Assembly (NCBI GenBank): GCA_977017575.1
Contig: CDRNVI010000083.1
Location: 1-64,000, forward strand
Source of the DNA: Paramoeba atlantica
Lineage: Eukaryota; Protista; Discosea
Direction of reading: 5' to 3'
DNA length: 64,000 nucleotides
The position numbers and the translations under genes were made by a program. Positions 11,292-21,335 of this stretch are shown piece after piece. Each line of letters opens with the position of its first letter. Within the stretch, counting starts at the first letter, position 1. The notes beneath the pieces were generated by a model. That model saw only the letters and a list, made by a program, of their open reading frames with translations, made no database searches and was not told where the DNA came from.

Positions 11292-11389
11292 CCAGCTGGC
11301 CACCCTTCCACAACATGGCCAGCTGGCCACTCTTCCACAACACTCTCCCACCCCCGTGGGACTCACTCAGTGGACTCACTCAACGTGAG

Positions 11390-12010
11390 TCACTGCCCCA
11401 CGTGGCAGTGCTCTGACTCTCTCACGTGCCACTGTAGGTACAGTGCCGATGCAGTCGCTACCTTACGTGGCAGTACTCTCACTCTCTCACGTGCTACTGC
11501 AGCTGCACTGCATCACTGCAGTCACTGCCTCACGTGGCACTACTCTTACTCTCGCACGTGCCACTGCAGCTGCACTGCATCACTGCCTCACGGGGCACTG
11601 CTCTCACTCTCTCACGTGCCACTGTAGGTACAGTGCCGATGCAGTCACTGCCTCACGTGGCAGTACTCTCACTCTCTCACGTGCTACTGCAGCTGCACTG
11701 CATCACTGCAGTCACTGCCTCACGTAGCACTGCCTGTCACTCTGCCACTGTATGTACACTGCAATCACTGCCTCACGTGGTAGTACACTTACTCTCTCAC
11801 GTGCTACTGCAGCTGCACTGCATCACTGCAGTCACTGCCTCACGTGGCAGTAATCTTACTCTCTCACGTGCCACTGCAGCTACACTGCAGTCACTGCCTC
11901 ACGTGGCACTACTCTTACTCTCGCACGTGCCACTGCAGCTGCACTGCATCACTGTGCAATCACTGCCTCACGTGGCACTGCTCTCACTCTCTCAAGGGCC
12001 ACTGTAGCTA
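11390..12010. repeat. Degenerate ~53-67 bp tandem repeat, ~10 units, rich in CACGTG, CTGCAG and CACTG
   Basis: Consensus about CACTGCCTCACGTGGCAGTACTCTCACTCTCTCACGTGCTACTGCAGCTGCACTGCATCACTGCAGT. Confidence 0.9.
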
Positions 12011-12189
12011 CACACTGTACCACTCGGACCTGCACATTATTTTTCTCTCTCTATATATATACAAAATGCAAACCGTGTTTTTGGTGGCCAGCTGGCCACT
12101 TTTTTCAAGAAAAAAAAATCTGAAAAAAAAAATCGTTCTGAATTTGTTTTTTTCGCGATTTTGAGCATATAATTTTTTTTGTTCAAAAA

Positions 12190-12263
12190 TGTCGATGCCG
12201 GGAATCGAACCGCGGACATCCAGCGTCAAAATGGACCCCCTTTACCAACTGGACTACTCAAAG
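12190..12263 (-). pseudogene. tRNA-like sequence (degenerate tRNA or SINE head)
   Basis: A-box TAGTCCAGTTGG and B-box GGTTCGATTCC at tRNA spacing, followed by a T run. Acceptor and T stems do not pair well. Confidence 0.45.
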
Positions 12264-12929
12264 GACTCTCCTTAGTCAACCAGTTTGTCGTATCGCAGAC
12301 CTTTGCAGACGCACTTTTTTTACCAAAAGTGTTCTACAATTTGGGAAATGAGGTCGTTGTAGATGATTCTTCGAGTATTAAAGAGTTCATCTAATGAGCT
12401 ACTGCTACGTTTTAAAATTTTGAAAAAACTCGATCTCTCACTTCTTTGAGGGGCATTTTCAAGTTTTGGAATTAACCTTAGTAAGCGAGTTAGATACTCC
12501 GTATCTCCCTCAATTCTGTCGCAGGGCTACGCTCACAGTTGGGCCTTGCTCGCAAACGTGGGCTTTTGCCTCTAGACGTGGGCTTCGCTCGCAGTCGAGC
12601 CTTGCCTCCAGACAGGTAAACTAGGTGATGCAATATAAGACAAAAATACACAATCCTGCGGAAGTAGCAGGCATACACTATGCTATTTCCTGCGGAAGTA
12701 GCAGGCATAGGTTCTCAGTGCGCGACCCGCACACCCCCCCTGGACCCCCCCCCTGGACCCCCCATTTTTTTCAATTTTTTTTTTCAGTTTTGGACCACCG
12801 GAGCCCCCTTTTATATTTTTTTCTTCTATTATATTACTGTGTTCCTCTTTATATTTTCACTGTTTTTGTTCACTTTGTTTTCAATAATCGAGTGTAGAGC
12901 GGTAGTTTTACAACCACCGCAATGAACTC

Positions 12930-15900
12930 CTTTACACCACCCCTATTCCCGAGAATGTGCCCGAATACTGGACAAGACGAGCTGTCAGGATAGACGGAGA
13001 GAAACCCACGCCAGACACGGGGAAGATAACAGACAATGAGGAGACGAATCACTCCCTCGTCATACGAACAAACATGACACAGCCTCAAGCGAACCCTGAC
13101 ACCAACGCTTCACCTGCAACCAAGACTCCGAAACGCAAAACACCGAATTCCACTCCACAATACGCCATACAACGTGAATGCCCAGCGGCAGGTTGCACCT
13201 GGAAGACTCCCCCACACGGAGAGCAATGGCAAGCGTTCTACAATTATGTAGCTCACCGAAATGGTAAAAATATTTCAACTGATTGGTGGGAAAAGGAAGG
13301 TAGATTCCTTTGCAAGGATTGCATCCGACATTACGACAAAATCAAACAGAACTCTCACCTTAAGCACTGTAAAGGACGAAACCAACCCGTTCGATCACTA
13401 ACCCCGCCCATGCCGACGTCTTTTTCGGAGAAAATAAATGAAGAGCATCCAGTTGATCCACTTCCACCTCTTATCTCAGTTTGTTCACTTCCTTTAAGCA
13501 CCTGTAAGGACGTCCCCAATTGCTGCAGATTCTTGTGGGCCAGAATTTTGAGTGAAGCTTTAACATCCGCTGTCAAAGAAAACACGGTGCAGGCCTGGAC
13601 CCTCCTCGCGATGCTTCCGAAGTGCGTTCTCCCGGCCCCTTACCGTGGCGGTCGTAAAGGGCGCACATCGTACTCCACATATGTGGAAAAACGCATGGAG
13701 CTCTGGCTCGGTGGAGACTACCTTCTCCTCTGGGACCAAGCCCTGAAGGATGGCGAGAGAAAACGCTCGAAGCCCAGGAACCCATAAAGTGACGAAGATA
13801 GAGCGGCAATAAGAGCAGAGCTCTTGGTGCGTCAGGGTGAATTCTCTAGAGGAATGGCCGCCATATCTGCAGCTACCATGGCCCCGGACAACGAGGAGAC
13901 CCTTGCCAGGCTGTTTGAAAAACAACCAGAGCCCCACGAAAATCCCCTCGAGGAAGATCCACCGCCGATTAAGGGTGCCCCTCTACAGTGGCAAGAAGCA
14001 GAGGTCAGGAATGCGGTTCAAAGCTTTCACAGGGGGTCTTCCGCCGGTACAATGGGCCTCCTTCCTGAGCATCTCCAGTCGGCTATTTTGGAACACGAGG
14101 ACAAAAACGTAAATCCTCTCTCAGCTCCCACACGCCTCGTGAACCACTTACTCGAGGGAAAGGCGCCGCCTGAAGTTCAGCAGTTCTATGCAGGAGCTAG
14201 GCTTTGCGCTCTGGAGAAAGGCAAAGACGACGTACGGCCCATTGCGGCGGGCGAAACCCTAAGGCGCCTAGTAAGAAAGGCAGCATGCCTCGCCGTAAAG
14301 GAGAAGGCGGGAACGTTATTCCGTGGACGCCAATACGGTGTTGCCGCATCTGCGGGGGCCGAACGAGTGATTCATCTCTGTCGGAAAACTATGCTCAACA
14401 ACATGGGGAGCGACAAGCTGATTTTCTGCAAGGTTGATCTGCGAAACGCTTTTAACAACGTCAGCAGACCCGTCTTCGCTCTTCTCACGCGCCTACATTT
14501 TCCGGAACTTTCGACCTGGGTAGAATCGTGCTACTCAAGTCCGATTTGCCTCACGTATGGAAACAATTTCATCCCTTCAGCCGAAGGCGTGCAACAAGGT
14601 GATCCTTTAGGCCCAATTTTATTCGGTTATGATCATACGCTCGTGGCGCAGAGATACGTCTCTCTGTGTGACGGCCGATACCATCAGCGCATGACCCGCA
14701 TACGACGGGTGTCACACAGAGAGTGGAGTGCGAGGTAGGAGACGAGTCGCCCATCGGTCATGCTACAGCACGTATAGCCATGGTTCATGCTGCAACACGG
14801 TCAAGCCGTGGGTTCAGGCGGTAAGATGGTCTATCGTGGATCATGATGCATCATGGGGAGGTCCGTTACCGCCGCACTCGCTACAGCATGTAGGGAGAGA
14901 GGGGTGCAAGTTCGCATCCCCTATACACGCATACAACGTGTCCTCCCGCTGTAGAACGCCCAGTGGTCCTCAAAGGAGGCCACCATGGCGCATAGATCCC
15001 GGGAGAAGAAAGCACGAGAAGTAGAGAGCCGGGGAGGGAAGAAAGCTCACTCGAAGAGAGCGCGCCGGGGAGGGGTGAAGAGTGCGAAGTGCTTCCCCTA
15101 CTTCCGCAACAAAGAGGGACAGTTCCATCTAGCCGTCAGCCGGAAACGGGCATTTAAAAATTAAGAATATGCCCGTTTCCGGGAAAAGAAAGGAAGGGCT
15201 AGAAAAATGTACCAACAAGGTACAGAAACTGTATCTTTATCTAGTGCTTTCTGAGGTGACGGAAGAGATAGCATCCCGATCAAACCTTGACTCGCAACTG
15301 TGGTACATCGACGATGGGGTTCTTATGGGAGAGGCTGTGGAGGTCAGAAAGGCGTTGGACGTTTTTTCGGAAGTTGGCCCCCGGTGCGGACTTTTCTTGA
15401 ATCCTGCGAAAAGTGAAATCATAACGCCACCTTCCTCGGCTCATCTCACAACGCTTTTTCCCGAGATCCCAAAGGCGAAAATCCGGCATGACGGGACCTT
15501 CGGTATCCTTGGGAGCCCGATCGGGTCGGACGAGCACTGCGCGGAGTTCCTGATGCAGCACGCCATCGACCCAGCACGTGAGACCCTAGCCGCCATAGTT
15601 TTAATAGGAGACCCCCAAGTGGCCAGTGCTCTAATCCGTCAATGCACGGAGTTCTGTCAGATGGTATACGCCCTCCTAACTGCACCCCCACAGGCCCTTA
15701 CCCATCTTTGCTTTTTACTAGACGACTCTGTCATGACGGCTGTAGAGTGGGCACTTTTTCCCCTGAACCTCCACGCACGTGATCAAATACTACGCAGGAA
15801 GCGCCACGGAGGCTTCGGTCTCAGATCGTCTACACTGCACGCAACGGTAGCATACGTTTCATCTGTCGCTCACGCCGCCGACATGGACGACTGGGACCCC

Positions 15901-16071
15901 TTGGAAGCTCAAGGATTTACTACCTCCGTGCAAGACGTAAACGATAAAGCAGGCGCAGCGCTTTTGGACCCATGCACAGGACGCACTCCCAAACAAAACA
16001 ATCCTCGCACAGATTCTGATCTACGTCATAGCTTGTCCTCGCAAGGCAAACGCCCTCGGCGGACACAGAAT
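12930..16071 (+). mobile_element. CRE/SLACS-clade non-LTR retrotransposon, degenerate
   Basis: N-terminal Zn-finger region, LLAMLPKCVLP, RT motifs RPIAAGETLRRL, QYGV, KVDLRNAFN, GVQQGDPLGP, WYIDDG, LNPAKSE, ILGSPIG. Nonsense TAA at 13785, insertion at 14625-15240, 3' end cut by a MITE. Confidence 0.85.
14625..15240 (-). other. ~615-bp antisense insert in the RT domain starting with 28 nt of SL exon plus a GT donor
   Basis: Minus strand reads ATAAAGATACAGTTTCTGTACCTTGTTG|GTACATTTTT, identical to 6096-6123. A perfect 14-bp stem CCGGAAACGGGCAT/ATGCCCGTTTCCGG follows. RT is colinear on both sides (GPILF / LVLSEV). Confidence 0.75.
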
Positions 16072-16259
16072 CCAGGCTAAAGTGGACGAGGGAGATACTA
16101 AAGGCACCTTTGGAAAACCACCACAAAAATGCAACAGTATCTCCCGTTAAAGATTCTTTTGTCCCATCCGAATCCTTTACAAATCGGGAGATACCGTTCC
16201 AGTTTCGAGGTAGTTTTCCAAAGGTGCCTTTAGTATCTCCCTCGTCCACTTTAGCCTGG
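16072..16259. mobile_element. ~190-bp MITE with ~47-bp TIRs (CCAGGCTAAAGTGGACGAGGGAGATACTAAAGGCAC)
   Basis: Near-perfect terminal inverted repeats. Second copy at 17352-17538, right-half copy ending 16688. Confidence 0.85.
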
Positions 16260-18010
16260 ATTACATAGCCATCCGAACATGCTCCCTATGGCGCTTTACA
16301 GCTTCCCATGCGAGGAAGTCGGCGTCGCCGCGGCAAAAAGGCAGAAGGCTCCGCCTTCTGCCTTTTTCCCTTGCGCCTCCTCCTTCCTCTAAGGCCTTGC
16401 GTGTCACACACTTCCAGGTAAATTTTGGACTATGTAGGTTGTATCGGAACAGGGTGGAGAAATATCGAATGAAGCCAAAGCGTATACACGTATATCAGGC
16501 CCGAAACTCTCAAAAAACGGTCTAGGAGTTGATTTGGGAAAAAATTATTTTTTCGGTATATAACGGTATCACCCGTTAAAGACCCTTTTGCCACATCAGA
16601 ATGCTCTACAAACGGGAGATACCGTTCCAGTTTCGAGGTGGTTTTCCAAAGGTGCCTTTAGTATCTCCCTCGTCCACTTTTAGCCTGGATTACTTTTTAG
16701 CCTGGATTACATAGCCATCCGAACATGTTCCATATGGCGCTTTACAGCTTCCCACGCGAGGAAGTCGTCGTTGCCTTCTGCCTTGCGCCTCCTCCTTCCT
16801 CTAAGGCCTTGCGTGTCACACACTTCCAGGTAAATTTTTGACTTTGTAGGTGTATTACCGGAACGGGGTGGAGAAATATCGTATGAAACCAAAGTGTACA
16901 CACGTATATCAGGCCCCAAACTCTCAAAAAACGGTCTAGGAGTTGATTTGGGAAAAAATTATTTTTTCGCTTTCGCCCATAAATTTTTGGTTTTTTTTTT
17001 TGAAAATTTCAAAAATTGCTATGATCACCCTGGTGGGGAGGGGGGGGGGGCAGGGGGTACCCATCGGAATTGTTGAAAAGCTAGTAATCTTGTCACTCAG
17101 TTCGATTCATACGTCTTTGTAAACATTTTTTTCGAAAACTCACCTGAAACGATATCGGGCACGAAATCGGGCCACAAATCCGGCGCGACGAATTAACCTA
17201 CGGTAGCGAGGGAATAGTATCTCCCTCAATAAAGTTTTATGTATAGTATTTAAAAGTTGCGGTGGTTGTAAAACTACCGCTCTACACTCGATTATTGAAA
17301 AAAAAAGTGAACAAAAACAGTGAAAATGTAAAGAGAAACACAGTAATATAACCCAGGCTAAAGTGGACGAGGGAGATACTAAAGGCACATTTGGCAAACT
17401 ACCACAAAACTGGAACGGTATCCCCCGGTTTGTTAAGCATTCTGATGTGACCCAAGAATTTAACGGGAGATACTGTTCCAGTTTTGTGGTAGTTTGCCAA
17501 ATGTGCCTTTAGTACCTCCCTCGTCCACTTTAGCTGGGTTGCATAGCCATCGAAACATGCTCCCTAGGACATCTTACAGCTTCCCACGCGAGGAAGTCGG
17601 CGTCGCCGCGGCAAAAAGACAGAAGGCTCCGCCTTCTGCTTTTTGCCTTGCGCCTCCTCCTTCCTCTAAGGCCTTGCGTGTTACACACTTGCGGGTGAAT
17701 TTTGGACTTTGAAGGTGCATTACCATGGCAGACTGAAGAAATATCGAATGAAATCAAAGCGCATACAGGTATATCAGGCCCCAAATTCTCAAAAAACGGT
17801 CTAGGAGTTGATTTGGGAAAAATATATTTTTTGACTTTCACACATAATTTTTCAATTTTTTTTTCAAATTTCAAAAATTGCTATGATCACCCTGGTGGGG
17901 AGGGGGGGGGGGCAGGGGGTACCCATCGGAATTGTTGAAAAGCTAGTAATCTTGTCACTCAATTCGATTCATACGTCTTTGTAAACATTTTTTTCGAAAA
18001 CTCACCTGAA
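16072..18010. repeat. Three diverged tandem copies of a composite unit (MITE + ACATAGCCATCCGAAC segment + TATCAGGCCC..TTTGGGAAAAA segment)
   Basis: The same sequence follows the MITE right TIR at 16260, 16705 and 17540. 16800-17150 is close to 17650-18010. 12-bp AAATCGGGCACG repeats at 17155 and 18015-18085. Confidence 0.85.
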
Positions 18011-18094
18011 ACGACACCGGGCACGAAATCGGGCATGAAATCGGGTATGAAATCGGGCACGAAATCGGGCCATAAATCGGACACGGCGAATTTT

Positions 18095-18191
18095 AGGCTC
18101 TTCGTTAAACGCGGTGGTTGCTTTCAACTTAGAAGTCGCTCATGCTGCGCGCTTCGCGTTGAAAACTACCACCGCGTTTAACGAAGAGACT
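18095..18191. mobile_element. 97-bp MITE/foldback (TIR AG(G/T)CTCTTCGTTAAACGCGGTGGT); copies at 19551-19647 and 62128-62224
   Basis: Three equal-length copies with ~35-bp imperfect TIRs, each between T and A runs. Confidence 0.85.
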
Positions 18192-18973
18192 AAAAAAGAA
18201 AATTTAGCCTGGAAAACGGAAAGATTATAGCCAAAAATAGCCGAATTTCGGGTAAAAATGGGGTGATTTTCGCGTATTTTTGCTTTCAGAGCGTGAAATC
18301 CGACATTCGCGCGTGGGAAATGACTCGTAGGCATGAATGGAAGCCTACCGAACGTATTGGGTAGAGAATATGACTCCAACCATACCATTCTTTCGACACA
18401 AAAATGCCCCTTTAGGTCCGAAAAATATTTTTTCACCTTTTTTAGTCAAAAATGGGTCATTTTGAGGGGCGCACCACGGTTCGAAGAAGGGATACCTTGC
18501 GAAAACAACTGCGGAGAAAGCTAGTGTAGGTCCCAAACTATCAAAATACAATAGGGGAAACGATTTTGGAAAAATACTTTTTTTTGTCATTTTTTTCGCC
18601 AAGTTGAAATTTTTTTCAAATTTTTTTTTCCGAAAAAATCCGAACTTGGCGGACCCGTCCTGTGGATACGCGGGGGGGTCACCCCCGGGTAGGGGGGTGG
18701 AAAATGCGCGCCAAGACCCCGGCTACCCTTTCTGCGGTTTTTCTTCGAAAACTAATTTTTTCGAAAAAATTTGCTCGACCATGACCCCCACTGGACCCCC
18801 CCCATGGACCCCCCATTTTTTTCAATTTTTTTTTTCAGTTTTGGTCCACCGGAGCCCCCTTTTATATTTTTTTCTTCTATTATATTACTGTGTTCCCCTT
18901 TATATTTCCACTGTTTTTGTTCACTTTTTTTTCAATAATCGAGTGTAGAGCGGTAGTTTTACAACCACCGCAA
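18095..18973 (+). repeat. ~880-bp dispersed non-coding module; near-identical inverted copy at 61328-62224
   Basis: Colinear match along its length. Partial copies at 12730-12922, 17255-17345, 19008-19110 and 21030-21135. Confidence 0.9.
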
Positions 18974-19696
18974 TTAACCTACGGTAGCGAGGGAGTAGTA
19001 TCTCCCTCAATAGAAGAAAAAAATGCAAAAGAGGGCCCCGGCGGTCCAAAACTGAAAAAAAATTCAAAAAAATGTGGGGTCCAGGGGGGGGGTCCAGGAG
19101 GGGTCCATGGGCATGCGCCTGGATTTTTCGAATTTTTTGCTTTTCAAAATCGAGCGCAGGGAAGTGGTAGAGTAGGCCGCGGCGATAATTTTCCATACCC
19201 CCTGGGGGTACCCCCCCCGCCTGGTACGCGCAGGAGGGGTCCGACAAGGTCAAAAATTCCGAAATTTTTAGGGTGACCAAAAAAGATTTTTGACGCAAAA
19301 GATTTTTTGACCCAAAAAAAGTAAAAATATTATTTTTCCCAAATCGACTCCTAAATCGTATTTTAAGAGTTTGGGACCTCAGCTACCATTCTACGACGTT
19401 TTTATCGACAGATTCGACTCCTGCCCCTACTGGGAAGGCATCCAAAATGGCCCAAATTCGGTGTAAATTTTCGCAATTTTTGCCGAAAAATCGAGCTTTT
19501 ACCTCCAAAAAAGTAGATTATTCATGATCTTTTGGATATTTTTCTTTTTTAGGCTCTTCGTTAAACGCGGTGGTAGTTTTCAACGTGAAGCGCACAGCAT
19601 GAGTGACTTCTAAGTTGAAAACAACCACCGCGTTTAACGAAGAGACTAAAAAAGTTTCTAGTACTATAAAAGTACTATAATAAAGTTTTTAAAGTT

Positions 19697-20725
19697 TTAG
19701 GGACCCCTGCTTTTTTCGACGTGCTTTCTTGCAGCGCCGAGGCTCATCACTTCACCGGAACAAGCATCCGCAAGACACTTGTAACCGGCTTCCGTGCCCG
19801 AGCTTGCGTGAGCTATGGGAAGCTCGTTCCACAGTTCGAACAGTTGCTGTTCGTGTTCGTGGCTGATACTCGAAATATGATCTCGAGTTTTCAAGATAGG
19901 ACGTTGTCCTTGCGTACCCACGAAAAAGGAGCATGCTTCACAAATGTCGTGGTCTCCGCGCCCATGTTCGAAAACATGTTTGCGCATGCAGTCGTACATA
20001 AACGTGTATGACGAAGGGTTTCGATCCTGTGTTGTAGCACATTTCGTGCATTGAGAGCCTGCAGACATGGTACCTTGCACCTCAAGGTCCATCCACATGT
20101 CATACAATGCCTTCTCGGTAAGGTGATTCTTACTAGAGAGGTGATCTCGAGTACATCGTATGGGAGGTTTCCCTTGCAACTCCTCGAAGAAGGAGCATTC
20201 TTTGCAATGGGAATGATCCCCGCGCCCATGTTCTAAAACATGTTTACGCATGTCGTCATACTTGAAAATGTGACTCTCACGGTTTTGATCGCCATATGTT
20301 CCTGCACATGCTGTGCATCGAAAGCCATTGGCAATGTCACCTTCAATTCGAAGGTTTTTCCATGCGTCAAAAATTTCTTTTTCACGCTTGTGTTTCACGC
20401 ACTTGTTGTGATACGGTACGCTCAATACGGGGGGTTTTCCCATGAATTCTTGAAAAAAGGAACAAAGTTCACAAATGGTGTGTAATCCTTTTGAATGTTC
20501 CTGTAAGTGCCGCTTCATCAGGGGAACTGTCAGTCCCACCCGAATGCTCGCTTTTGCACATTCTTTGCAGGTGTATAATTCACCTTCTTTAGCAACACAA
20601 TGTTGCCATTGCTCGTAAATCTGAGCTTCACTTTTGTGCTTGCTAGCACTGTGCTTGAGGGTAACACATGCCCTTTTCTTTCCTTTCTTTGTTTCAAAGA
20701 AAGTGCAGCATTCGCAATAGCGATA
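19697..20725 (-). pseudogene. Zinc-finger repeat protein fragment (three to four ~80-aa repeats alternating C2H2- and U1-type fingers)
   Basis: Repeated CxxC..MRKHV.EH.RGDH..CxxCSFF..DHLSS..H. The frame is open upstream of 20539 to ~20725, with no clear start. Confidence 0.65.
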
Positions 20726-20740
20726 CAGGGGGGAAATTAA

Positions 20741-20799
20741 GTTGTGTCAACAAAAGTCGTGTTAATTTCTGGGATTAACACGACTTTTGTTGACACAAC
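20741..20799. repeat. Perfect hairpin with 26-bp arms and 7-nt loop
   Basis: GTTGTGTCAACAAAAGTCGTGTTAAT-TTCTGGG-ATTAACACGACTTTTGTTGACACAAC. Confidence 0.95.
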
Positions 20800-21335
20800 G
20801 TATGTTGCCACAACATATGTTCACTTTTTTACCAAACTTTGCCAATTCTTACTGTTTGCTAAAAAAACACGCCCATTGAAGAAAAGTTTCATTTAGTCAC
20901 TCATTTCACAAAGAAAATTGAGTGAAACGTACCATGAACTCTTTCCCATTCGCGAGAAGCTTTGCTCGGACCCAAGCTTTTCGCCATTTGTGTCATCATG
21001 ACCTTTTCCCCTAGGAGAAGAAGGCCTTTTCGTGTTGAAAGAATGGTGCGGTTGGAGTCGTATTCTCTACCCAATACGTTCGGTAGGCTTTCATTCATAC
21101 CTACGAGTGATTTCCCGCACGCAAATGTCGGATTTACATGCCCTGGAGTATTCGATGTGGTAAATTACTACCGATTACTACATTGTTCAGTGTAATTATC
21201 TGCTAGTCCAAAAATTTAGTGTGAGTATCACCAATTCTATATCCCGCCTTGTAGTTGTACATACAGTTGTATATATGTATTTCATGGTCGAAATGACAAT
21301 AGTCTTGTAAATTCTACTCTCTCCATTGTTCAGTC

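Noticed and set aside
7790-12010. CRISPR-like array
   Set aside because: Repeats are contiguous with no unique spacers, there are no cas genes, and the context is eukaryotic.
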